A DNA stretch of 32,000 bases. Origin: Candidatus Saccharimonadota bacterium. GTDB lineage: Bacteria > Patescibacteriota > Gracilibacteria > BD1-5 > UBA2023. The translations under genes were made by a program, and so were the position numbers. Numbering within the stretch: the stretch's first letter is position 1; every line of letters begins with the position of its first letter. The stretch is taken from positions 60,001-92,000 of the forward strand of contig BAAFHK010000001.1 in NCBI GenBank assembly GCA_042852035.1, given 5' to 3'. Below the pieces are notes generated by a model. The model made no database searches. It was not told the origin of the DNA and was given only the letters and a program-made list of their open reading frames with translations. Positions 9,278-18,454 of the stretch are shown in pieces.

Positions 9278-9886
9278 ATGGAAAGTACAACCACAGGAGC
9301 CAGCATGTCCCCATTTGAATCGTTGTTCGACCAAGGCCAAGGTCCCCAAGAGCTCGAATCCCTCTTCGAGATGCTTCAGGGCATCGAAGGACTCGAATCC
9401 CTCATCCGCAACCAGGGCCGTCCCAAGAAGCTCGACCTGGTCGACGCAACCATCAGCATCGCCATGATGATGATGGTTGATGTGCCCAAGGAAGTAATCC
9501 GGGATTCGCAGCTCAAGTCTGGCATCAGCCAGTTGAAGAGCGAACTGGAGTCTGCAGTGCAGGCCCACCTCGCACCGCTCGAGACGCTCGCCAAGGCCGC
9601 CGCCGATCGGCACAATCGTGCCCTCATCGCGCGGCTTGCGAAGCGGAAGCTCTCGCCCGAGGGTCTCCTCGAGCAGTGCACGCCGCGACTCGCGCTCGCA
9701 GTCGAAGCGTTCCGTCGTGAACTGGCCGAAGCACGCGCCGAACAGGCGATGTGCTACGCAGACTACTGCCACGGCGAACTCAGGACCATCGAGGCCGAGG
9801 CTCGGAAGCGTCACCATCGCTCGACGGCTCGCCGAGCAGGTGCTGCGGCCCGCCGGGTCAAGCAGAAGGTGCCGCCGAAAGGCTGA
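9278..9886 (+). CDS. Hypothetical 202-aa protein on GC-rich island 2 (standard-code ORF ending in TGA)
   Basis: MESTTTGASMSPFESLFDQGQGPQELESLFEML..NQGRPKKLDLVDA..., followed by an Ala/Arg/Glu-rich helical tail. Clear G/C third-position bias in this frame only. The overlapping ORFs (255 aa on the minus strand, among others) look like GC artefacts. No SD and no family recognised. Confidence 0.6.
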   Translation: MESTTTGASMSPFESLFDQGQGPQELESLFEMLQGIEGLESLIRNQGRPKKLDLVDATISIAMMMMVDVPKEVIRDSQLKSGISQLKSELESAVQAHLAPLETLAKAAADRHNRALIARLAKRKLSPEGLLEQCTPRLALAVEAFRRELAEARAEQAMCYADYCHGELRTIEAEARKRHHRSTARRAGAAARRVKQKVPPKG

Positions 9887-9925
9887 TGCATCAACAATGG
9901 GGCTCATGAGGCTCCTCACACAAGG

Positions 9926-9948
9926 CCGCCCTCGGGCGGACTTTTCTT
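9926..9948 (+). terminator. GC-rich hairpin plus T-tract at the 3' end of island 2
   Basis: CCGCC-CTCG-GGCGG, followed by ACTTTTCTTT. Confidence 0.5.
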
Positions 9949-9951
9949 TAT

Positions 9952-9983
9952 AAAAAAACCCTCTTTTAGAGGGATTTATTTTT
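9952..9983. terminator. Bidirectional host terminator (thrS 3' end)
   Basis: AAAAAAACCCTC-TTTTA-GAGGGATTTATTTTT. The thrS stop codon lies in the loop. Confidence 0.7.
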
Positions 9984-11864
9984 GATTTCTTCTCCGATTC
10001 TTCTTTCGAAGTCATCGATATATTCGGTCGTTTGAGTTTTTGTCTTAAAATTTCGTACCGCGAGACTGCTTGATTTCATCTCTTGTTCTCCGACGACAAG
10101 AATATAGTTTACATGATCTGTTTCAGCATTTCTAATCTTTTTCCCGAGAGAGTCTGACGAGTCATCAACGCTAACGCGAATATTCGTATCAAGAAGATTT
10201 TTCTTTACAGCATAACCATATTCTACGAACGCTTCACCCACTGGGATGACACGAACTTGCTCTGGAGCAAGCCAGAGAGGGAAAACTCCAGCGAAGTGTT
10301 CGATCATGATTCCCATAAATCGTTCAAGGCTTCCTGAAATGGCACGATGAATCACGACAGGTTGTTCATCTTCCCCTTGTTCATTTTTAAATGAGAGTCC
10401 AAATCGGTTTGGCTGATTAAAATCACACTGTATAGTCGCAAGTTGCCACTCTCGTCCGATAGCATCCTTGAACATGAAGTCAAGTTTGGGTCCATAGAAA
10501 GCTGCCTCACCTGGCATTGGTCGATAGTTCAGACCATTGGCGATTGCTGCATCTTCGAGGGCTTTTTCTGCGATTTCCCAGACGCTATTGTCTCAGAGGT
10601 ATTTTTCTGGAGTACTCATATCACGGATAGAAAGTGATACCCAGTATCCATCCATAAGTCCAAAAGTCGTATAGAATTCTTTAATAATATTTACAATTGT
10701 GGAAACTTCATCTTTGATCTGACTGACACGACAAAACAGATGTCCATCATCTTGAGTGATAGATCTCACACGAGTGAGTCCTGAAAGTTGTCCAGTTTTT
10801 TCATCACGGTAGACGGTTGCTGGTTCGAAATAGCGGATAGGCATATCACGGTATGAGAACTGATTATCCGCGAAAAGTTGCATATGGTGAGGACAGTTCA
10901 TTGGCTTCAAAAAGAAGTTCTCCTTCGAAGTTCCACCATACACTGAGAACATATCTTCGAGGTATTTTCCGGCATGTCCTGAAGTTTGATAGAGTTCTTC
11001 TTTCGCGAGGTGAGGGGTCCAGACTCGGTGGTATCCTTTATCAGCATGTAGGCTCCAGAGATAATCTTCTATTGCCTTTCTCATGATCATTCCTTTTGGT
11101 TGAATGAGTGGAAGCCCAGAACCAACAAGATCAGAAACCGTGAAAAGTTTCATCTTCTTTCCGAGGATTCGATGATCACGTTTTTTTGCTTCCTCCATCA
11201 TTGTCTTATAGGCATCAAGCTCAGTTCCAGTCTCGAAAGCAAGACCATAAATACGAGTGAGTTGTTTGTTTTTTGCATCTCCTCTCCAGTAAGCTCCTGC
11301 GAGTTTATCGAGGGAAAATGAGTCTTCAGAAATCTCATTTGTATTTATTACATGAGGCCCCTGGCACATATCGATAAAAGTCGAAGTACGGAAATCGAAA
11401 TTGGTTTTTCCTTGATTTTCACCTACAACGGATCGACCATTTGTATCTTCGATAGCATAGGAGTCAGGATTATTTAAAAACTCAAATCCTTCATATGCAG
11501 GGTTATGGAACTTTCCGATATTTGCAAAAAATGAAATCGTAGTTTCACCCTTCTTCTCAAGATCCTCAATCATTTCGAGTTTATAAGTTTCACCAAGAGT
11601 GGAGACAAGAGTTTTTGCATCATTTACTGAGAGTGAAAATTGCTTAAATTCCTGACCCTCACGAACAATGGCTTTCATTTTTTTCTCGATATCTTTGAGT
11701 TTGCTTTCTTCGAGTGTTGATTCTCCGAAATCGATATCATAGTACCAACCATTATCGACATCTGGTCCGATAGCGAGTTTCGCATTGGCGCCCATAACCA
11801 TGCGAGTGGCTTGTGCCATGATGTGAGAGAGGGAGTGACGGCGAGTAGAGAGAGGGAGTGACAT
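9966..11864 (-). CDS. thrS: Threonyl-tRNA synthetase (632 aa), no N-terminal TGS domain
   Basis: Starts MSLPLSTRRHSLSHIMAQATRMV..AIGPDVDNGWYYDIDF, which is the editing-domain HxxxH region. Class II core FLKPMNCPHHMQLF..RYFEPATVYRDE..GLTRVRSITQDDGHLF. One in-frame TGA (10593-10595) joins the two track ORFs. Confidence 0.95.
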
Positions 11865-11885
11865 AGGTGAAATTTGAAATGAAAA

Positions 11886-12500
11886 TTAAAAGTTTATATT
11901 TTTGCTCGATTTGATTACCTGCGTAATTCTATCTACTTCTGCATTTAGACGAATTGCAAATTCATCACTTGATGCATCTATATTTCTTATTATGATTTTA
12001 GAAATATCCGAATCTGACTTATCATCCTTAAATTTATCGTTGTTTTTTCTTTGAAGGTATGTGCTTAAATTCGCATAGAGTTCATTTTGAATTTCTAGAA
12101 TTCAATCAAGATTTACTGATTTTTCCAGGTCACTTATAGTAATACAAGCTATTGCATATGCTGAAGTTAAATTTTTCCAGGATTTTATTACATTTTCCCA
12201 ATGTTTATTTCTTATATTTTCCTCTGTATCAGTTAGTAAAAAACCAATTGGTCGGGCTTGTTCTATTGAGATTTCGTAGTCCTTTAATGCGGTAAGTAGA
12301 TTTATTCAAGATTCTGTATTCTTTTTAATTTTTTCTTGTTTTTTCCATAAAGTAAATCATATATAAATTCAAATAATTGTAGTGATTAGGCTTATTATTC
12401 CTCTTGAAATCTCATTTGTAATATTGATACTTCAACTCCAGTCGATAGAACATGACGTCATGAAGAAGAGAAGCGGGATGAGGAGGAGGGAGAGTTTCAT
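11886..12500 (-). CDS. Putative lipoprotein (204 aa)
   Basis: MKLSLLLIPLLFFMTSC, a signal peptide with a lipobox-like Cys. 5 in-frame TGA, verified line by line. Starts 6 nt after the VKOR stop. Confidence 0.65.
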
Positions 12501-12505
12501 TTTTT

Positions 12506-12979
12506 CTATGCTTTAATTTTTTTCTTATCTGATTTCCACCAAATACAAGTTGAAACGATACATATTGTTATAATAATAACTGTACACATAGCACAGAGAG
12601 GACAAAAAACACCGACAATAATTTCTTGAGAGATGACATATGAGTTAAAAAGTATACCACCAGCCGAAAGTCCAGTAAGGATTTTTGCTGGGCACGTTGT
12701 TTTCGAAAACCATCCCCAAAGTGCTATAAGAAAAAGAATTGGATAGACAATCGCTGCCACCATAGGAAATGCTACCTTAAAATCTCCAATCGAGAAAATA
12801 ATAGCGCGTGGATTCTGGAGGATTCCAGAACAAGAAAGTTTATCAGAAATATCACATGGCATCATCTGGAGGGCGCTACTATTGGCTCCATTCCAATATT
12901 CGTAGGCAGGGATGGAGAGGTATATTGCGTTGAATATACCGATAGCAGCGAGAACAGCAATAACGAGATATTTTTTCAT
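12506..12979 (-). CDS. Vitamin K epoxide reductase (VKOR) family thiol-oxidoreductase membrane protein (157 aa)
   Basis: Four-TM pattern with loop cysteines (CDISDKLSC) and a CPLC redox motif. No in-frame TGA. Confidence 0.8.
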   Translation of the reverse strand: MKKYLVIAVLAAIGIFNAIYLSIPAYEYWNGANSSALQMMPCDISDKLSCSGILQNPRAIIFSIGDFKVAFPMVAAIVYPILFLIALWGWFSKTTCPAKILTGLSAGGILFNSYVISQEIIVGVFCPLCAMCTVIIITICIVSTCIWWKSDKKKIKA

Positions 12980-13007
12980 AGAAAGAAAGGTAAAGAAATA
13001 GGTATTT

Positions 13008-13038
13008 AAAAACTCCCCGCATCTTGAGGGGAGTTTTT
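13008..13038. terminator. Symmetric hairpin with A-run and T-run just upstream of the VKOR gene
   Basis: AAAAACTCCCC-GCATCTTGA-GGGGAGTTTTT. It could terminate on either strand or act as a 5'-UTR element of the VKOR operon. Confidence 0.5.
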
Positions 13039-13160
13039 GATTTATAAAAATGAACCACTACAAGATGATCGAAGAATTCAGGTATGTGCTCGTACCAAGT
13101 CATGCGACCATATTATTGGTTGGTTAGTGATTCCAATATAGAAAAATCGAGTGAAAAGTC

Positions 13161-13184
13161 AAAAAAATCCACCTTTCAGGCGGA
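13161..13184 (-). terminator. Intrinsic terminator of the 13770-13204 gene
   Basis: On the minus strand: TCCGCC-TGAAA-GGTGGA followed by TTTTTTT. Confidence 0.65.
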
Positions 13185-13203
13185 CTTCAGAAACGATTTA
13201 TAA

Positions 13204-13770
13204 CTATTGCCTCTTTTTTTTATCTTCATCTTTGATGAATATTTTGTCCGTCGAGATGCTATTCCACCATTCTACAAAATCGGTAAGCATCGTATTTCTT
13301 GATGGATAAATACCATTTTTAGCAAGCTGTTGTCGAATCGATTCATACGTACTTTCTCCTCCAACAATACTGATTCCGATAAAATTTGAGAAATCATTAG
13401 AAGTCATAAGCATTTTTCCATCTGCTTTTATAGTTCTTCCCGTTTCACTTCTTCCATCTTCTATTGAGCAAGTTTTCCAGAGTCATGCAAGGTCTTTTCT
13501 GCAAGAATCCTTTGTCATTCGCTTAAATGTTTCTGAGATTTGATATACGATATTCACGCCCGGTTTTTGAAAAAGTGGAATATTCAGAGGAGTATCTTTA
13601 TAGGATACTTTATACCATCGATATTTTTTATTTATTCCTCCTGCCTCAGGAACATCTAGTACGCCTGTTTGAGTAACTTTTAGGTCGGGAATTTTCTCGA
13701 TATCAAGAGTATTATCGATGAGCTCTGGAGGAAGTTCCTTTGCTCGAAGGGTTTCCGGTGAATTTGCCAT
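13204..13770 (-). CDS. Hypothetical protein (188 aa)
   Basis: Track ORFs 13483-13770 and 13204-13413 are in one frame, joined through TGA 13483-13485. No family recognised. Confidence 0.7.
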
Positions 13771-13777
13771 ATATTAT

Positions 13778-14215
13778 TTATGCTATAAGTTGCACAGGAA
13801 ACGTAGTTGCATATTTTTGCCCCTCTCGCTTGATCTCAAGTTGCCCATTTGAGTAGAGCGTTACAGTTGCTCCCGCGAGGTTCTTGTTTGCGATATGGTG
13901 TGAGAAGTCATGGATTCCAAGTTCTCGAGAAATATCGCCGATTGAGTGTTCAGCGCTCACGATGAGGCTATTAAGTTCATGGAGTGCATCACGTGTTGCT
14001 GCATAGATTTCTTCTCGAGCTTCCTCGAGAAAGTTTCCTGATTTCTCAAGGTGTTCTGGTTTCTCATCGTGCCAATGGACGAGCTCGGGTGAGGCTGAGC
14101 TGGCTACTACTGATTGCATAGTTTTGGTAAATTTTTGAAATGACTCAATCATCATGTCACAATTCTTCTTACTTTGCAAATTTTTGCTCACTTTTTCTTC
14201 ACAGAAATTTTGCAA
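13778..14215 (-). CDS. Hypothetical protein (about 125-145 aa)
   Basis: Open frame ending at TAA 13778-13780, 7 nt upstream of the next gene's ATG. The track start at 14215 is TTG. The first ATG pair is at 14155/14152 (MMIESFQKF..). Confidence 0.6.
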   Translation of the reverse strand: MQNFCEEKVSKNLQSKKNCDMMIESFQKFTKTMQSVVASSASPELVHWHDEKPEHLEKSGNFLEEAREEIYAATRDALHELNSLIVSAEHSIGDISRELGIHDFSHHIANKNLAGATVTLYSNGQLEIKREGQKYATTFPVQLIA

Positions 14216-14388
14216 AAAAACGAAGTGTGAGTATGATATTTTTGTTCTGATTTTTCAGTGATTCTGGAGTGGCGTCCAGATGAGAAAAATCCGTACAAAT
14301 AAAGTTGTCCCAATTCGGGAAACTTGGGTGGAACCGTTCTAAAATTTTGGAACCCCAAGAAAAATCTATTTTTTCATGGGGATTTTTT

Positions 14389-14652
14389 ATGTCTTCTCTC
14401 GAACATCTCGAAAAAGAAATCGAAACTCTCAAAGCTCGAAATATTCGAGTTGAGAAAGAGAAGGCGTGGGAAACTTCTTGGCAGAGGAAACTTGGAATTA
14501 TCGTCACAACGTATTTCGTGATGATTCTCGTTTTTTGGTCACTTGGGAATGAATCCCCATTTCTCAATGCTATCGTTCCAACACTCGGATATACGCTTTC
14601 TACTTTGTCGATGAACTTTCTCAAAAAAAGATTCTTAAAAAATAACTCTTAA
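14389..14652 (+). CDS. Small membrane protein (87 aa): N-terminal coiled-coil plus 2 TM
   Basis: MSSLEHLEKEIETLKARNIRVEKEKAWETSWQRKLGIIVTTYFVMILVFW... Ends 11 nt before glyQS. The track start at 14305 is TTG. Confidence 0.6.
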   Translation: MSSLEHLEKEIETLKARNIRVEKEKAWETSWQRKLGIIVTTYFVMILVFWSLGNESPFLNAIVPTLGYTLSTLSMNFLKKRFLKNNS

Positions 14653-14663
14653 CTTTTCTTCCT

Positions 14664-16100
14664 ATGTCTCTCGATATGCCATCACTCGTCACCTTTGCGA
14701 AAACCAAAGGTTTCGTCTATCCAGGTTCTGATATCTACGGAGGTCTTGCGAACTCTTGGGACTATGGTCCACTCGGATCTCTTATGAAGGAGAATATCAA
14801 AAATCTCTGGATTAAAAATTTCGTCCAAAAACGAAAAGATATGACTCTCCTCGATGCTGCGATTCTCATGAATCCACAAGTTTGGGTGGCATCTGGACAT
14901 GTTGGGGGATTTTCGGATCCACTCATCGATGATAAAAAAACGAAAGAACGATTTCGTGCCGATAAGCTCCTCGAAGATCTCATCGAGAAAATGGGAGATA
15001 ATGCAGAGTCACTGAAATCTAAATATGGCGTTGCGAATCTTGTTCCTGAATCGTGGCCTCTTGAAAAACAATCCGAAGTGATGCGAGGAGAGCAGGTAAA
15101 AAATCCGAATACGGGAGAAGTGGGCGATTGGACAGATGCGAAGAAGTTTAACCTCATGTTCCGCACCTTCCAGGGAGTTCATGAAGATAGCGCAGCAACG
15201 GTCTACATGCGTCCTGAGACGGCTCAAGGGATATTTGTGAATTTCCCGAATATTGCGCGATCAACTCGTAAGAAGGTCCCATTCTGAGTCGCACAAGTTG
15301 GAAAGGCATTTCGAAATGAAATCACTCCTGGAAACTTCATCTTTCGAACTCGCGAGTTCGAGCAAATGGAAATCGAGTACTTCTGTGAGCCTGAGCATAT
15401 CGCTCCAGGAAAACATCTCGAGCTTCATGCACAGTGGAAGATGGAATGTAAACGTTTTCTCACGGATGTTATCGGGCTCAAGGAAGAAAATCTTCGTCTT
15501 CGTGATCATGAAAAAGAGGAGCTTTCACATTACTCTGCTGCGACGACGGATATCGAATTCAAGTTTCCATTTGGATGGGGAGAGCTCTGGGGAATTGCGG
15601 ATCGTACTGATTTCGACCTCAAGGCACACATGGCAGAATCAAAACAAGACCTCTCATATATGGATCCGTATACGAATACGAAATATATCCCATATGTCAT
15701 CGAACCATCGGTTGGTCTCACTCGACTCTTTCTCGCGACACTCGCGAATGCCTATGATGAGATTAGCAATGAAGAGGGAACTCGTATCGTCATGCGGCTT
15801 GCTCCTGCAGTAGCGCCGATAAAAGTAGCAGTCTATCCACTCGTGAAGAAATTTGCCGATCAGGCAAATGAGCTTTATACGCTTCTCTCAGAACATTTCG
15901 TGTGTGAATATGATGAGGCGGGTACTATTGGAAAGCGATATCAGAGAAGTGAAGAAATGGGGATACCGTATGCTATCGCGGTAGAGCCAGAAAATTATGA
16001 CCAAGGACAAGTTACTGTCAGAGATCGAGATACTGGAGAACAGGAGATTGTAAAAATCGAAAATCTGGTCGAATGGCTCAAAAATAAGGGATGCGAGTAA
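14664..16100 (+). CDS. glyQS: Glycyl-tRNA synthetase, alpha2-dimer type (478 aa)
   Basis: FVYPGSDIYGGLANSWDYGPLG.., RPETAQGIFVNF.., then KKVPF-G(TGA 15285-15287)-VAQVGKAFRNEITPGNFIFRTREFEQMEIEYF. The anticodon-binding tail ends in ..TVRDRDTGEQ. Confidence 0.95.
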
Positions 16101-16143
16101 TCTCGGGGGTTGTATTTTCTCGAGTTTTGCCTAGACTTAGTTT

Positions 16144-16965
16144 ATGTCAAAAACCGAAGTTACATGATTTCTTGTTACTGCTATACAGCTTCCAAAAGAT
16201 ACCCCTCTTTCACAGGTGGAGGATGTTTTTAAAGCGAAGCTCGTAAAATCCATCGATTCCAGCTATTCGTGCCAGATAGTAAAAGGAAAGAATATTTTTT
16301 TCTACAAATTCTCTGTAATTGTTTTTACCGGGTATAGTGATGAGGAAATTGCTTATTATTATGAACAACTTGGCGGAAGTCAAAAGAATCTTGAATCCAA
16401 ATCTGAACAGTATGAAGTGGTAGTTAATCCATATCTTACAAAAGAATATGTACTCGATGATACGAGCATTACCATAAAGGCAGAGTCCTACGAGCGTCTT
16501 GAGATTATTGCCTTCTCGTTAGCTCATTCTGTTGCGATGGACTATTATGAGGGTCGTACCGAAGAGCTGCTTCAGAAGATGAATTTCTATGATGATCTTA
16601 AAAAGTATAACAAAATTAAGCTCACCGATAAGGAAGCCATGAAGCTTATTGCTGAAATCCTTTCGAATAAGCATCGACTCGTTTCTGAGCTCTATCTTTT
16701 TGATAAGCCAGATATAATATGGGATGACATAGAACTCGAACGTCTCTATCATGCACTGTATGCGTATTTTGATATCGATGATCGATTCAAGTCCATCGAG
16801 TACAAGAATAACCTTATGAATGATAATATTACTTTTCTTCATGATGTGATAGACACAAGGAAGGCACATACTCTTGAGCTTATTGTCGTATTTCTTATTG
16901 CATTCGAAGTCCTTTTTACACTTTGAGAGTTCATACATAAATATTTTATTATAGGAAATCTCTAG
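16144..16965 (+). CDS. DUF155 / RMD1 (YagE-like) family protein (273 aa)
   Basis: The family assignment comes from overall similarity as I remember it, plus a C-terminal TM (LELIVVFLIAFEVLFTL). The ATG at 16144 is in frame with track ORF 16216. Passes TGA codons at 16165 and 16924. TAG at 16963-16965. Confidence 0.7.
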
Positions 16966-17121
16966 GTCCATTTTTGTTTTTAATAAAAGCAAAATGAGCT
17001 CAATAGAGTATAATAATACATACTTTTTATCGATAATACAGAGACAAAGTCCAAAAAAGTCTTGATATAGGGTGGGATTTTTTATAATGATTTTTCTTGT
17101 TTCTTAACCAAAAAACCCACT

Positions 17122-18333
17122 ATGACACCATCTGAACCATGAGCGTGATGCACACAAGTAGCACTTTCTGATTTTCTTTCCGAAGCTGAGATTGCTTCTC
17201 TGAAAAAAGCAGAACAAAACTATCCAAAACCAACCCTTTTTCTTTTTAGGCATCGTATCAGAGACAACTATCGAAAGCTGAAAAATCTCTACCCAGATAC
17301 AGAAATATTTTATGCTGTAAAGGCCTGTCCCCATGTGAAGATCCTTGAAACTCTCATTGCAGAATGATCAAACTTTGATGTAGCATCTGTTTATGAGCTT
17401 GATCGAGTCCTTTCTCTCGGATGCGCCCCAGAGAGAATAAGTTATGGAAATACTATTAAGAAAGAAAAGGATATCGCTCATGCATATAAGATGGGAATAC
17501 GAATGTTTGCGACTGATTCAGATGAAGATGTTGAGAAGCTTGCACGAAATGCCCCAGGTTCACGAGTATATTTTCGCATCCTTACACCAACTTTTGCGGC
17601 AGATTGGCCACTTTCGAAGAAATTCGGAGCTGAAAAGCATGTAGCTATTCGTCTTGCTGAGAAGGCAAGAGACATGGGATTGGTACCCTACGGAGTATCT
17701 TTCCATGTTGGTTCCCAGCAAAAGGCTACTGAAGCCTGGGATGCAGCGCTTGATGGAGCCAAGACGATTTTTGATATCCTCTCAGAAAAGGGGATAGAGC
17801 TCGAGATGGTGAATCTTTGAGGGGGGCTACCGACACCATATATTTCTCCGATTCCATCTGATGAAGAATACCGAAGTTCAATACACGAATCAATGCATCG
17901 ATATTTTGGGAACAGAAAGGTGAGATTTCTTCAGGAGCCTGGTCGATCACTTGCGGGAAATATAGGAGTTATTGCTTCAGAAGTAGTTCTTGTTTCGAAA
18001 AAATCTGATCTCCCTCATGAACCACGTTGGGTTTATATCGATCTTGGGAAATTCTCAGGGCTTCCAGAGACTCTCGATGAAGCGATAAAATATCCACTCG
18101 TTACTTCAAAGGATGGTGAGACAGGTCCAGTGATAATGGCGGGTCCAACGTGTGATAGTGCAGATATCCTTTATGAGGATTTCCGCTATGACCTCCCGCT
18201 TTCTCTTTGTTCAGGTGATTCTATCTATATACTTTCTACTGGTGCTTATACGCAGAGTTATAGTGCTATAGAGTTCAATGGTTTCCCTCCACTCAATACG
18301 GTTGTTATTGAAGATGAAATTGACAATAAATAA
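17122..18333 (+). CDS. Group IV PLP-dependent decarboxylase (ornithine/lysine/arginine decarboxylase type, 403 aa)
   Basis: FYAVKACP (PLP lysine), E-G(TGA)-SNFDVAS, SFHVGSQ, and VNL-G(TGA 17818-17820)-GGLP. All segments verified in one frame. Confidence 0.92.
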
Positions 18334-18446
18334 AATTCCCTATAATAAAATTATGCTTACAGCACGAAACATTATCATTATCCCGTCGTAGACGAGAGAT
18401 GCTTTTGTTTTGTATCCTCTCGTCATTTACGAGGGGATTTTTTATA
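18320..18446 (+). promoter_or_regulatory. Ile-codon leader peptide plus attenuator, which also serves as terminator of the decarboxylase gene
   Basis: TTGACA(18320-18325) and TATAAT(18341-18346). Mini-ORF 18353-18391 encodes MLTARNIIIIPS*. Segment 1 is CGTC(18384-18387), which pairs with GACG(18391-18394). Segment 2 is GACGAGAG(18391-18398), a perfect 8-bp match to CTCTCGTC(18417-18424). The terminator is a 10-bp stem (18414-18423 with 18429-18438) followed by a T-tract. Confidence 0.5.
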
Positions 18447-18454
18447 TTTTTTCT

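Noticed and set aside
9248-10015. 255-aa minus-strand ORF (and the 111-, 101- and 65-aa ORFs) across GC island 2
   Set aside because: Stop-poor frames are expected in GC-rich DNA. Only the +9278 frame shows G/C third-position bias and a plausible sequence. The 255-aa ORF also runs through the thrS terminator.
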